A DNA stretch of 64,000 bases from Anaeromyxobacteraceae bacterium (GTDB taxonomy: Bacteria > Myxococcota > Myxococcia > Myxococcales > Anaeromyxobacteraceae): the NCBI GenBank assembly GCA_047602405.1, contig JASGHJ010000002.1, positions 3,392,001 to 3,456,000 on the forward strand, read 5' to 3'. Below, one piece after another: positions 37,691-48,095 of the stretch. The notes beneath the pieces are model-generated. The model searched no databases, was not told where the DNA came from, and worked only from the letters and a program-made list of their open reading frames with translations. The stretch's first letter is position 1; the number at the start of each line of letters is the position of its first letter. The position numbers and the translations under genes are program-made.

Positions 37691-38698
37691 GTGCGCGAAG
37701 CGTTCACGTTCGACGACGTGCTGCTCGTCCCCGCCTACAACCACTACGAGTCGCGCCAGCACGTCGACACGTCCATGACCGACCGGACGGGCAAGCTGTC
37801 GCTCGAGCTCCCGGTGATGACGGCGAACATGGACACCGTCACCGAGTCGGGGATGGCGAACTTCATCTCCGGGAAGGGCGGCATCGGGGTGCTGCACCGC
37901 CTCATGTCCGTCGAGCGCAACGTCGAGGAGTTCCGGCGCTGCACCTCGCCGGTGTTCGTCTCGGTGGGCACGAGCCAGGAAGAGCTGACCCGCGCCGAGG
38001 CGCTGCGCGACGCGGGCGCCACGCACTTCGTCGTGGACGTCGCCCACGGCCACGCGCGCTACGTCGGCAAGACCCTCAAGAAGCTGCGCGCGATGCTCCC
38101 CCAGGCCTGCCTCATGGCCGGCAACGTCGCGACCTACGCCGGCGCGGACTTCCTCGCCTCCGTCGGCGCGGACATCGTGAAGGTCGGCATCGGGCCGGGC
38201 AGCGTGTGCACGACGCGGGTGAAGACCGGCCACGGCGTGCCGCAGCTCACCGCGATCCAGGACTGCGCGCGCTGCGACCGCTCCATCGTCGCCGACGGCG
38301 GCATCCGCTACGCGGGCGACGTCGTGAAGGCGCTCGCGTTCGGCGCGGACTTCGTGATGATCGGCGGCATGCTCGCCGGCACGCGGCCCACCCCGGGCGA
38401 GCGCCACCAGGACGCGAAGGGCGAGTGGGTGAAGACCTACCGCGGCATGGCGAGCCGCGAGGTCGCCGACGAGCACCACGGCGGCATCGCCGAGTGGAAG
38501 ACCGCCGAGGGCGTCGCGGTGACGGTGCCCTACCGCGAGGACGAGGACCTCATCCTCGCCGACCTCGTGGGCGGGCTCCGCTCTGGCCTCACCTACGCCG
38601 GCGCGCGCACGGTGAAGGAGCTGCAGCGCAAGCTCAACTACGTCGTGATCACGCCGAGCGGCTGGCGCGAGAGCATGCCGCACAAGCTGATGCTCTGA
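37691..38698 (+). CDS. IMP dehydrogenase/GMP reductase family protein lacking CBS domains
   Basis: [41 protein letters not shown] and YRGMAS. Confidence 0.9.
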   Translation: MREAFTFDDVLLVPAYNHYESRQHVDTSMTDRTGKLSLELPVMTANMDTVTESGMANFISGKGGIGVLHRLMSVERNVEEFRRCTSPVFVSVGTSQEELTRAEALRDAGATHFVVDVAHGHARYVGKTLKKLRAMLPQACLMAGNVATYAGADFLASVGADIVKVGIGPGSVCTTRVKTGHGVPQLTAIQDCARCDRSIVADGGIRYAGDVVKALAFGADFVMIGGMLAGTRPTPGERHQDAKGEWVKTYRGMASREVADEHHGGIAEWKTAEGVAVTVPYREDEDLILADLVGGLRSGLTYAGARTVKELQRKLNYVVITPSGWRESMPHKLML

Positions 38699-38699
38699 G

Positions 38700-39407
38700 T
38701 CACGGGGCGGCGGGCAGCTGGCCCGGGGCGGCCTTCCGCGGCCACGCGGGCGTGACGACGCCCAGCGAGACCACGAGCCGGAAGGCCTCGTCGACGGTCA
38801 TCTCGAGCGGCACCACGTCGGCCCGCGGGACCATGAACACGAAGCCCGAGGTCGGGTTCGGCGTCGTGGGCACGAACACGCTCACGAGGTCCTGCCCCGT
38901 CCGCGCGCGCACCTCGGCGAGCTCGGCGCCGGTGACGAACGCGATCGCCCGGGCGCCCGGGTGGGGGAAGGGCACCAGCACCACCTCGCGGAACGACTTC
39001 GACGACGGCGAGAGCACCGTCTCGGCGAGCTGCTTCGAGCCGCGGTAGATCGGCCCCACGAACGGCACCCGCGCGAGCAGGCCCTCGGCGCCCGCGACGA
39101 GCGACCGGCCGACGAGGTTCGCGAGCAGCGCACCCGTGCCGAGGAGCACGAGCCCGGTGACGATGATGCCGAGGCCGGGGATGGGGAAGCCGAGGACCGC
39201 CTCGGGCCGCCACGACTGCGGGAGCAGGAGCAGCACCGAGTCCACGAGGTCCACGAACACCTTGAGGACGAACCACGTCACGAGGAGCGGGACCCAGACG
39301 AGCAGGCCGGTGACGAGGTAGGTGCGCACGCCCGGCCTCGACGGCGCGGCGGGCTCTTCGTGGTCGATCACGGGGCGACTCTCCACGGATGGGGGCGCGT
39401 TGTCCAC
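38700..39407 (-). CDS. DUF502 membrane protein
   Basis: YLVTGLLVWVPL, IYRGSKQ and VFVPTTPNPTSGF. Confidence 0.9.
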   Translation of the reverse strand: MDNAPPSVESRPVIDHEEPAAPSRPGVRTYLVTGLLVWVPLLVTWFVLKVFVDLVDSVLLLLPQSWRPEAVLGFPIPGLGIIVTGLVLLGTGALLANLVGRSLVAGAEGLLARVPFVGPIYRGSKQLAETVLSPSSKSFREVVLVPFPHPGARAIAFVTGAELAEVRARTGQDLVSVFVPTTPNPTSGFVFMVPRADVVPLEMTVDEAFRLVVSLGVVTPAWPRKAAPGQLPAAP

Positions 39408-39514
39408 CCGAACCGGCGGTCTGCCGCCGGCAGCGAGGACCGTGCGTCACGCCTCGGGATCGAGTCGTACCTGGCGTTCTGATCCGGGTAGCGAGCCCCT
39501 CTCGCTCCCCGCCG

Positions 39515-40129
39515 CTACAGCGCCACGAGGCCCATCCTGGCCGCCTGCACGATCGCCTCCGCGCGGGAGCCTGCGCCGAGCTTCGCCAGGATCGCGTTCA
39601 CGTGGAACTTCGCGGTGTGATCGGACACGCCGAGCCGCGCGGCGATGGCCTTGTTGCCGAGGCCCTCGGCGAGGAGTGCGAGGACCTCGCGCTCGCGCGG
39701 CGTGAGGCCCTCACCCGCGGCGGCGGGGCCGGGCGGGCGGAGCCAGGCGTCGGCGAGCTCGGGGTCGAGCACGGCGAGGCCGCGCGCGGCGGCGACGAGC
39801 GCGGAGGAGACGACGTCGGCCGCCGCGCCGCGCAGGAGCACCGAGCGGGCGCCGGCCCTGAGCGCGTCGGCGGCGTCGGTGGCGGTGGCGGCGAGGGCCA
39901 CGGAGGGGATCGGGGAGGACGCGAGGCCCTCCGCCTGGAGCTGGGCGCCCCCGCCCGCCCCGAGATCCCGGAGCGCGACGGCTGCGCCGCTGGACGCCGC
40001 CGCCCGCGCGGCCTCCTCCGGTCCCGCCTCGCCGACCACGCGGAGCTCCTCGCGCGTGGCGAGCATCGCCGCGAGCCCGGCCCGCGCGAGCGGGTCCGGA
40101 CCGACGACGAGCACGGCCAGGCGGTCCAT
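39515..40129 (-). CDS. NarL/LuxR-family response regulator with a degenerate receiver domain
   Basis: LTPREREVL..GLGNKAIA..TAKFHV. The receiver has VVGPD in place of the usual acidic pair and LLRG in place of the conserved Lys. Confidence 0.88.
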   Translation of the reverse strand: MDRLAVLVVGPDPLARAGLAAMLATREELRVVGEAGPEEAARAAASSGAAVALRDLGAGGGAQLQAEGLASSPIPSVALAATATDAADALRAGARSVLLRGAAADVVSSALVAAARGLAVLDPELADAWLRPPGPAAAGEGLTPREREVLALLAEGLGNKAIAARLGVSDHTAKFHVNAILAKLGAGSRAEAIVQAARMGLVAL

Positions 40130-40163
40130 CCTCGTCCATGTAACGCACGATCCGGGGCTGTCC

Positions 40164-40183
40164 ACCTGCCCGAACGGACAGGT
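40164..40183. promoter_or_regulatory. Inverted repeat, candidate binding site for the adjacent LuxR-type regulator
   Basis: ACCTGCCC-GAAC-GGACAGGT (7/8 arm match) in the divergent intergenic region. Confidence 0.5.
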
Positions 40184-40240
40184 CCCGCCCTGGCCCTCTC
40201 GCCGATGGCACGACCCGCGGCGCCCCGTAGAACCCGGGCC

Positions 40241-41155
40241 ATGAACACGAACCCCGATCCGCTGGCCGCCCTCTCCTCCCGCGTCGCCGAGGTCGTCGCC
40301 GCCCGGTCCGCCCACGTCCTGCGCGTCGACGGCCGTCGCCGCGCCCCCGCGAGCGGCGTCGCCTGGAGGGAGGACCTCGTCCTCACCACCCACCACGCGC
40401 TCGAGCGCGACGAGGAGGTCGAGCTCGGCCTGCCCGACGGCTCGACCGCCGCCGCCGAGGTCGCGGGCCGCGATCCCACGACCGACCTCGCCCTCCTGCG
40501 CGTCGCGGGCGCGGGGCTCACCCCGGCGCCGTTCGCCGACGCGGCCGGCCTCGGGGCCGGGCACCTCGTCCTCGCCGTCACGCGGCCGGGCAAGAGCCCG
40601 CGCGCCGACCTCGGCGTCCTCGCCCGCGCCGCCGGCGAGTGGCGCGGCCCAGCGGGTGGCAAGCTCGACCGCTGGCTCGAGACCTCGCTCCCGCTCCACC
40701 CCGGCCTCTCGGGCGGCCTCGCGCTCTCCGCGGCCGGCGAGCCCGTCGGGCTCCTCACGGCCGGGCTCGCGCGCGGCGTCGCGATGATCCTGCCCGCCGA
40801 GACGCTCCGGCGCGTGGCCGGCGCGCTCGCCGAGCACGGCGGCGTGCGGCGCGGCTACCTCGGCGTCTCGACGTACCCGGTCCGCCTCCCGCCGCCGGTC
40901 GCGACCGCCGCCAACCAGTACGGCGCGCTCCTCGTCTCGGCGGTCGAGCCGGGCAGCCCGGCCGCGCAGGCCGGGCTCCTCCTCGGGGACGCGCTCCTCA
41001 CGCTCGGCGGCGAGGAGGTGGCCGACCTCGGGGATCTGCTGCCGCTCCTCGAGGCGGAGCGCATCGGCACGACGCTCCGGGTGAAGCTGCTCCGGGCCGG
41101 CGAGGTGCGCGAGCTCGACGTCACCGTCGGCGCGCGCGAGCGGAGGTCCGCGTGA
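40241..41155 (+). CDS. S1C/HtrA-like serine protease with PDZ, no signal peptide
   Basis: LTTHHAL, TDLALL, PGLSGG, RGYLGV and GSPAAQAGL. Confidence 0.85.
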   Translation: MNTNPDPLAALSSRVAEVVAARSAHVLRVDGRRRAPASGVAWREDLVLTTHHALERDEEVELGLPDGSTAAAEVAGRDPTTDLALLRVAGAGLTPAPFADAAGLGAGHLVLAVTRPGKSPRADLGVLARAAGEWRGPAGGKLDRWLETSLPLHPGLSGGLALSAAGEPVGLLTAGLARGVAMILPAETLRRVAGALAEHGGVRRGYLGVSTYPVRLPPPVATAANQYGALLVSAVEPGSPAAQAGLLLGDALLTLGGEEVADLGDLLPLLEAERIGTTLRVKLLRAGEVRELDVTVGARERRSA

Positions 41156-42063
41156 GCCCGCTCGCCGCCCTCTCCCACGACCTCGCCGAGCTCGTGGCGC
41201 GTGCCGCGCCCTCGGTGGTCGGCCTCGAGCACCGCCGCGGCCAGGGCTCGGGCGTGGTGCTCGCACCCGACGGCTGGATCCTCACGAACGCGCACGTGGC
41301 GCGCGGGCCGGGCCCGCTCACCGTCCGGCTCTCCGGCGCGCGCGTCGCCCGGGGCGAGCTCGTCGGCTCCGATGCGCGCACCGACCTCGCGGTGGTCCGC
41401 ACCGACGCCCGCGACCTCGCTGCGCTCGCGCTGTCGGAGCGCCGGCTGCGCGTGGGCGAGCTCGTGCTCGCCATCGGGAACCCGCTCGGTTTCGAGCGGT
41501 CGGTGACCGCGGGCGTGGTCTCCGCGCTGCACCGGAACCTCCCCGCCGGCCCGCGCGGCGACGGCGTGCTCGAGGGGCTCGTGCAGACCGACGCCGCGGT
41601 GAACCCGGGCAACTCCGGCGGACCGCTCCTCGACGCGGAGGGACGCGTCGTCGGCATCACGACGGCGATGCTGCCGTGGGCGCGCGGCATCGGCTTCGCG
41701 GTGCCCGCGCGGACGGCGAGCTGGATCGCGTCGGTGCTGATGGCCGACGGCGAGGTGCGCCGGCCGTTCCTCGGCGTCTCCGCCCGCGGCGAGGACCTCG
41801 ACCTCGCCGATGCGCGCGAGGCGGGTCACGGCCGCGGCGTGCGCGTGCTCGAGGTCATGTCCGGCTCGCCGGCGGAGGCGGCGGGCCTCCGGCCCGGGGA
41901 CCTCCTCGTCGCGGCCGCGGGCGCGCCGACCGAGACGCTCGACGACCTCGTCCGGGCGATGGTGCTCGGCCACCCGGCGGCGCTCGGCGTCGACGTCGTG
42001 CGAGGCGGCGCGCGGCGCTCGCTCGAGATCCGGCCCCGGCCGCCGGAGCGGAGGGCGGCGTAG
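41152..42063 (+). CDS. S1C/HtrA-like serine protease with PDZ, no signal peptide
   Basis: LTNAHV, TDLAV and QTDAAVNPGNSGGPL; GTGA overlap with the upstream gene. Confidence 0.9.
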   Translation: MSPLAALSHDLAELVARAAPSVVGLEHRRGQGSGVVLAPDGWILTNAHVARGPGPLTVRLSGARVARGELVGSDARTDLAVVRTDARDLAALALSERRLRVGELVLAIGNPLGFERSVTAGVVSALHRNLPAGPRGDGVLEGLVQTDAAVNPGNSGGPLLDAEGRVVGITTAMLPWARGIGFAVPARTASWIASVLMADGEVRRPFLGVSARGEDLDLADAREAGHGRGVRVLEVMSGSPAEAAGLRPGDLLVAAAGAPTETLDDLVRAMVLGHPAALGVDVVRGGARRSLEIRPRPPERRAA

Positions 42064-42101
42064 ATTGCGGCCCCGCCGCGGGGATGGGAGACTCGGCGCC
42101 C

Positions 42102-42827
42102 GTGCGCCCCGCCTCCCACCTCCGCGCGAGCGCGATCGCCCTCGCGGTGCTCGCGGCCGCGAGCCTCTCCCGGTTCGCGTTCCGCGGGCTGCCGCGGCCG
42201 CTCGTCGATCCCGCGTGGAAGGCGGGCTGGATCGCGCTCGTCCTCGCCGGCCTGTGGGCCGCGCACCGCGCCCGCCTCGCGGAGGTGCCCGGCGAGCTCC
42301 GGCTCCCGCGCACGCCCTGGCGCGGGCTCGGGGTCGCGCTCCTCGCGAGCCTCCCGATGCTCGCGGTGCTGGCCCTCACCGCCGGCCGCCTGCCCCACCC
42401 CGAGCTCGGCTACCCGCTCGTCCGCTCGGCGGTCGTCGCGCCCATCGCCGAGGAGCTCCTCTTCCGCGGCTATGCGTTCCGGCAGCTCGCGCGCCGCGGG
42501 GGATGGGGCTTCTGGCCGGCCGTGCTCGCGACGGCGCTCGTGTTCGGCCTCGGCCACCTCGGGAACGTCCGCTCGGGCGCGGGGCTCGAGACCGCGCTCG
42601 AGGAGGTCGCGATCACGGCCGCGGGCGGCGCCTTCTTCGCCTGGCTGCTCGCGCGCTGGGACGACCTGTGGGTCCCCATCGGCCTGCACGCGTTCATGAA
42701 CCTCTGGTGGGACGTCTACGCCGTCGACGAGCTCGCGATCGGCGACACGGCGGCGAACGTGGCGCGGGTGCTCACGATCGCCGCCGCGATCGCGCTCACC
42801 CTGCGCCACGGACGCCGCCAGACCTAG
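42102..42827 (+). CDS. CPBP (Abi/CAAX type II) intramembrane metalloprotease
   Basis: EELLFRG, FGLGH and HAFMN. Confidence 0.88.
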   Translation: MRPASHLRASAIALAVLAAASLSRFAFRGLPRPLVDPAWKAGWIALVLAGLWAAHRARLAEVPGELRLPRTPWRGLGVALLASLPMLAVLALTAGRLPHPELGYPLVRSAVVAPIAEELLFRGYAFRQLARRGGWGFWPAVLATALVFGLGHLGNVRSGAGLETALEEVAITAAGGAFFAWLLARWDDLWVPIGLHAFMNLWWDVYAVDELAIGDTAANVARVLTIAAAIALTLRHGRRQT

Positions 42828-43264
42828 CCGAGCGTCGCCTTCACCGACAGCTCGACGTTCCCCTTCAGCGCCCCGCTGATCGGGCAGCCGTCCTTCGCCG
42901 CCTCGGCCGCTTGCTGGAACCCCGCGGCGTCGAGGCCCGGCACCTGGCCCGTCACCTCGATGGCGCTCCTCGAGACCTTCCAGCCCGCGCCCGCCTGCTC
43001 GAACGTCACGGTCACCGTCGCCTCGAGGCGCGCGGGCGGCGAGCCCGCCCGCCCGAGCCCGGCCGAGAGCGCCATGCAGTAGCAGCTCGCGTGCGCCGCC
43101 GCGAGGAGCTCCTCCGGGCTCGTCTTGCCGTCGGAGCGCTCGGTGCGCGTCGCCCAGGACACGCCCGCCTCCTTGAAGAGCCCGCTCGACTCCGCGCTCA
43201 CCTTGCCGGAGCCCTTCATGAGGTCGCCGGTCCAGACCGCACGCGCCTTCCTGGTCGCCGCCAT
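42824..43264 (-). CDS. osmC: OsmC-family peroxiredoxin
   Basis: GGAGG RBS; AVWTGDL, SPEELLAAAHASCY and AKDGCPISGAL. Confidence 0.92.
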   Translation of the reverse strand: MAATRKARAVWTGDLMKGSGKVSAESSGLFKEAGVSWATRTERSDGKTSPEELLAAAHASCYCMALSAGLGRAGSPPARLEATVTVTFEQAGAGWKVSRSAIEVTGQVPGLDAAGFQQAAEAAKDGCPISGALKGNVELSVKATLG

Positions 43265-43531
43265 TGTGGTGTCACCTCCGGGTTTGGCGTGGACCATGTG
43301 TCCGCTCCCTCCCGGGCGCGCCGCCCCGGTGGGGGCGCGGGATGGGGGGCGCACGCGGCGCCCTGCGTCGAGAAATTCATCGATCCGGCCAACGCGACGC
43401 GATCGACGCGTGCGCTGGTCCGTGGCGCCGCAGGGGCGGGCCCGGGGTCCGGGGTCACTCGCGGTACACCCGGTCCCACCCCGAACGGAACTGCGACAAC
43501 GGCGACGCTCGCCACCCCTGCACGCCGCGCG

Positions 43532-44047
43532 ATGCTGCCGCTCGTGCGCCTCGTCTGCTCGTACTGCCACAAGACCCTCCGCGCCGAGCCCGGCTCGAAG
43601 GCCACCGAAGTCACCCACGGCATGTGCCCGGCGTGCGCGGACTTCTTCGAGAGGCTCTGGGCGGGGATGAACCTCGGCGAGTACCTCGACGACCTCCCCC
43701 AGCCGGTGATGGTGGTGGACGGGGACGGGCGCGTCGTGGCCGCCAACCGGCAGGCGGGCGCGGCCCTCGGCCGCGAGCCGTCGCAGCTGCGTGGCCTCCT
43801 CGGCGGCGAGGCGATGGCGTGCGTCTACTCGCGCCTCCCGGGCGGCTGCGGGAAGACGGTGCACTGCAAGGACTGCACGATCCGCAACACGGTGACGAAG
43901 GTCTCGAAGACGAAGCGGCCGCTCCTGCACCAGGACGCGTACCTGCGCCAGGGTGACGGCGTCCACCAGCTGCGCATCTCGGCCCGGCCCACGAAGGAGT
44001 TCGTGGAGGTCACCATCGAGGCGATGGGGCCGGGCCGCGCCGCCTAG
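43532..44047 (+). CDS. Stand-alone Cys-rich PAS-domain protein
   Basis: CSYC..THGMCPAC; PAS LDDLPQPVMVVDGDGRVVAAN; GEAMAC..GGCGKTVHCKDCTIR. Confidence 0.75.
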   Translation: MLPLVRLVCSYCHKTLRAEPGSKATEVTHGMCPACADFFERLWAGMNLGEYLDDLPQPVMVVDGDGRVVAANRQAGAALGREPSQLRGLLGGEAMACVYSRLPGGCGKTVHCKDCTIRNTVTKVSKTKRPLLHQDAYLRQGDGVHQLRISARPTKEFVEVTIEAMGPGRAA

Positions 44048-46678
44048 GTTCCGCTCATCAGGTACAGCCGCGAGAGCTCCTGGCCGTAGCTGTAGGCGTA
44101 CGCGCCGCCCTCGGCGACGACCACGACGTCGACGCCCCGGCGCCCGAGGGCCGGCGGATTCGATCGTGAGGAGCGGGGCGGACGCTCCGGTCGCGGGATC
44201 GACCCTGCGCACCACGATCGGCGGCGAGGGCGTGCGCACGAGTACCTCGGCGCCGCGCCAGCCGCAGACGTCCTCGCCGGCGAAGGCGCCCGGCGCGGCG
44301 GCCGGAGCCGCGCTGCCGTCCGCAGGGATCACGAGGAGCCGCCCCTCGTGCACGAACGCGGCGCGGCGGCCCGCGGCGTCGAGCGTCGGCCGCCCGTGCA
44401 CGCCCTCCGGCGTGAGGGGCGCCGGCGCGCGTCCGGGCTCGAGGCGCCAGAGGCGCGGGCGGCGCCCCGGCTCGGCCCCGCTCGCCAGGATCCCGCCCGC
44501 GCACCAGCGCAGCCACCGGAGCTCCTCGAGCGGCGCCTCGAGCGGGCGCGCCTTCCCGCCCTCGAGCGGCAGCACGATCGGCTTCCCCTCCCCGTACGAC
44601 AGCGCGAGCACGCCGCGCCCATCGTCGGCGAGGTCGACCGGCCAGGCGTCGCCGAGCTTCCGGGCCGGGCCGCCCGCGGTGGGCCGCAGGTAGGCGCCCT
44701 GCGCGGTCTCGACGTCGCCGAACTCGGCGAAGAGCACGTGCGCGCCGTCGGCGGAGAGGTCGACCGCGATCGAGACGTCGGAGAGCGAGAGATCGAGGTC
44801 CTCGGCCGCGCCCGCGGGCCGGACCAGCATCCGCATGCGCCCGGCGGTGTGCGCTACCGCCATGCGGCCGTCGCGGTCCACGTCGAAGAGCCGGAGCCGG
44901 CCCGCCGTCGGCACCCGCGCGCGCTCGCGGCCGTCGAGGTCGAGCGCCCGCACGGCGTTGTTGCCTCCCTGGCGCGACGCGCTCACCCGGACACCCTGCC
45001 CGTCCGGCGCCCAGGCGAGCCCGTCGATGCTGGTCCACTCGCCGCCGATCCGGCGCGCCGCGCCGCCCGAGACCGGTACGAGGACGACCTCGCCGCGGTC
45101 GTCGATCGGGTCGGCGTGCTCGAGCACCGCGATGGTGGCGCCGTCCGGCGAGACCCGGGGGTGCGAGAGCCAGCCCGCCTCGCGCAGCACGCGGCCGCCG
45201 AGCTCGAGCCGGAACGCCCCTCTCTCCGCCCGCACGAGCGCGAGCTCGCCGCCGTCGGGTGTGAAGTCGGCGTGCTGGGCCTCCACGCCGAGCCGCCGGG
45301 GCTCGCCACCCTCGAAGGGCACGAGCGCGAGCGCCCCGGCCTGGTGGAAGCCGCGGATGAACCGGTGTCCGAGCGACAGCGCGAGCTCGCCGCGCGCGGA
45401 CACCGCGAGCACCTGCCCCTCGGGGAGGCCGAGCGACCGGATGCCACCCCCGCCCGGCCGCGCGGTGAACGTCTCGAGCGGCAACCCGTCCCAGGCTGCG
45501 CTGTGGACGATGCTGCCGCCGTCACGCGTGAAGCGCGCGCTCGCCACCCGGCCCTGCCGGAACGTGAGCTGCTGGAACTCGTTCGCGGCCGGCGCGGGTG
45601 CGAGGAGCCAGCGGCCCGCGGCGGTTCCAGCGAGCCCGGCCGCGGCGGCGCCAAGCAGGAAGGTGCGCCGGGAGACCGACCCGGCCGGACCTCGCGCCCG
45701 GTCCCGGCGCCATGGCGTCGCCGGCCCGAGGAGCCCCTCGAGCGTCCAGGCGAGATTGTTCGCGGTCTGGAAGCGGCGCGCGGGATCCTTCTCGAGGCAG
45801 CGCGCGACGGTGGGGCCCGCCGGGTCCTCGAGCGCGGGCGGCGTGTCGCGGAGGACGGCCGAGAGCCGCTCGGCGAAGGTCGCGCCGCCAAAGGCGCGCC
45901 GGCCGGAGAGGAGCTCGTACAGGAGGGCGCCCGCCGAGAAGAGATCGCTCCGGGCGTCGGCGATCTCGCCGCGCGCCTGCTCGGGCGCGAGGTAGCCCGA
46001 GGTGCCGAGCACCGCGCCCGGGGTGGTGGCCTCGGCGCCCGGGGCGCCGTCGAGCCGGGCGAGGCCGAAGTCGAGGATCTTGAGCGTGCCGTCGACCGTG
46101 ACGACCACGTTCGACGGCTTGAGATCGCGGTGGACGACGCCCTTCGCATGCGCCGCCGCGAGGCCGCGCGCGAGCTGCAGCCCGAGCGCGAGCGCCTCGG
46201 CGCGCGGCACCCGCCCGCGGTCGAGGCGGCTGCGCAGGGTCTCGCCCAGGACGAGCTCCGAGACGACGTACGGCACGCCGCCGTCCGTGCCCACGTCGTG
46301 CACCGCGACGACGTTCGGGTGGGCGATGGCCGCCGCCGCGCGCGCCTCCACCTCGAGGCGCCGCACGCGCGCGGGGTCGTCGGCGAAGCGCGCCGGCAGC
46401 GCCTTCAGTGCGACGTGGCGCCCGAGGCGGGTGTCGAGGGCGCGGTAGACCTCGCCCATCGCGCCCGCGCCGATGAGGGCCTCGAGCCGGTACGGCCCGA
46501 GGGTGCGTCCGGCGAGGTCGCGCGAGGCGGCCTCGGGCTGCCCGCCGAGCAGCGTCGCGAGGAGCGCGCTGCACGACGGGCAGTCGGAGAGGTGCCCCTC
46601 GACCGCGGGGTCGGCGCCGAGCGAGCGCTCCCCGCGGGCGAGGTCGAGGAGGACGTCCTCCGCGAGGCACCCGGACAT
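44044..46678 (-). CDS. Ser/Thr kinase with N-terminal zf-HC2-like motif, TM helix and TolB-like beta-propeller; +1 frameshift at about 44159
   Basis: HLSDCPSC; IGAGAMGEVY, HRDLKPSN, DFG and YLAPEQ; repeats SARFTRDG/HPRVSPDG/LAWAPDG. The corrected end reads AYAYSYGQELSRLYLMSGT. Confidence 0.88.
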
Positions 46679-46687
46679 CCCGCCATC

Positions 46688-48046
46688 CTACCGGTGGCCT
46701 GCCAGCCAGGTCATGAGCGGAGCCCACGCGAGCCGCTCGGCGTCGGCGGAGAAGAGGAGGTCGGCGTGGCCGAAGTCCTCCTCCTCCTGCGCGGCCGGGA
46801 GGCGGCGGATGACGAGGGTCTGGACGTCGGACGACCCGACCTGGCTCGCCGAGAAGAGCGCCCGCTCCCCGTAGCCGCCCGCCGCGGCGAGCGCGAACAC
46901 CGGCACCCGGATGCGCGAGAGGGGCGCGTCGACCGGGAGCGGCCCCTGGTTGCAGAGCATCGCGTCGAAGTCGGCGGCCTCGAGCATCGACTGGTGCGGC
47001 GCGGCGCCGGCGAACCAGGTCGCGATCGCGGCGTCGGTGGAGTAGCGGAGGCCGACCGGGAAGCCCTGGTCGAGCACCGGCCCGGCGAGGTGGTAGACCG
47101 GCGTCGCGGGGAAGAAGAAGTAGGTCTGACCCGCGAAGGTGCGCATCACGTCGAGGTTCGTGTACCCGGGGAAGCCGCCCTGGAAGGGCGTCTGGGCGTC
47201 GGGGGCGGAGAGCGCGAGCGAGCCGACGCGGACGACGAAGTTGTTCGGCGAGTCGATCTCGCCGTCGGCGACGAGCTGGTACTCGAAGGCCGAGAAGTCG
47301 CAGTACATGAGCCGCAGGTCCTCGTCGGCGGGCCCGAGCGACGCATAGACGTCGAGCGGGACGAGCCCGTCGACGTGGCGCTGCCAGGCCGGCCGCGCGG
47401 CCTCCCAGGCCGCGTAGACGTAGGCGAGCTGGCCGCCGTGCGAGAAGCCCAGGAGCTTCATGCGGCCGTCCTCGTGATCGGTGAGGAGACGGACCCCGCG
47501 GGCGAACGCGAGCGCGACCTGCGTGTCGGCGACCTCCTGCGCGAGCCCCATGGTGCCGAAGTCGGAGACGTCGGCGGCGGGGTCGGCGGACGGGTTCGTC
47601 CAGCGGCGATCGAGGCCCCACGCGTCGACGTTCTTCCCGGCGAGCCAGCCGGCGAGGCCGGTCGAGGCCGAGGGCGGGTCGGCGAGCGCGGGGGCGAAGT
47701 TGGTCGCGAAGGTGGCGAAATCGCCGTGGAGCATCATGACCGCGCTCGAGGTCTCGCGCGGCCTCCAGGGCGCCTTCTCGCGGACCACGCGGTGGATGCG
47801 CAGGTACGCGTTCGGGCCGGTGCCGACGGGCACGGTGAAGAGGTAGTGCCAGACGTCGCCCGCGACGTTCTCGCGGGTGACCGACGGTGCGAGGGCGCGC
47901 AGCGCGGCTTCCCTCGACTCCGGGGCGCTCCGCGCCCCTGCGCTCGGGGTGGTCGGCTCCTCGGAACCTGGCGAAGAGGGCTCTCGGGGCGCCGCCCCGC
48001 ACGCGAGGGCGAGGGCGGCGAGCAGCGTGACGAACGATCGGGACAT
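46688..48046 (-). CDS. Alpha/beta-hydrolase lipoprotein
   Basis: GGAGG RBS, lipobox ALAC, MLHG, GFSHGG nucleophile elbow and FGHAD. Confidence 0.85.
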   Translation of the reverse strand: MSRSFVTLLAALALACGAAPREPSSPGSEEPTTPSAGARSAPESREAALRALAPSVTRENVAGDVWHYLFTVPVGTGPNAYLRIHRVVREKAPWRPRETSSAVMMLHGDFATFATNFAPALADPPSASTGLAGWLAGKNVDAWGLDRRWTNPSADPAADVSDFGTMGLAQEVADTQVALAFARGVRLLTDHEDGRMKLLGFSHGGQLAYVYAAWEAARPAWQRHVDGLVPLDVYASLGPADEDLRLMYCDFSAFEYQLVADGEIDSPNNFVVRVGSLALSAPDAQTPFQGGFPGYTNLDVMRTFAGQTYFFFPATPVYHLAGPVLDQGFPVGLRYSTDAAIATWFAGAAPHQSMLEAADFDAMLCNQGPLPVDAPLSRIRVPVFALAAAGGYGERALFSASQVGSSDVQTLVIRRLPAAQEEEDFGHADLLFSADAERLAWAPLMTWLAGHR

Positions 48047-48095
48047 GTGTGACCTCCTGCGAGGTCGACACGCCCCGCCGCCGGGCTTGCACGAC

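Noticed and set aside
42102..42827. CPBP protease as the dedicated sortase for the MYXO-CTERM protein
   Set aside because: It lies about 6 kb away with unrelated genes between. CPBP paralogs are common, and nothing in the sequence ties it to the adhesin.
42824..46678. Apparent 1284-aa kinase-OsmC fusion in the ORF track
   Set aside because: It is produced by the +1 frameshift at about 44159. The corrected kinase stops at 44044, osmC has its own RBS and start, and the read-through overlaps the PAS gene on the other strand.
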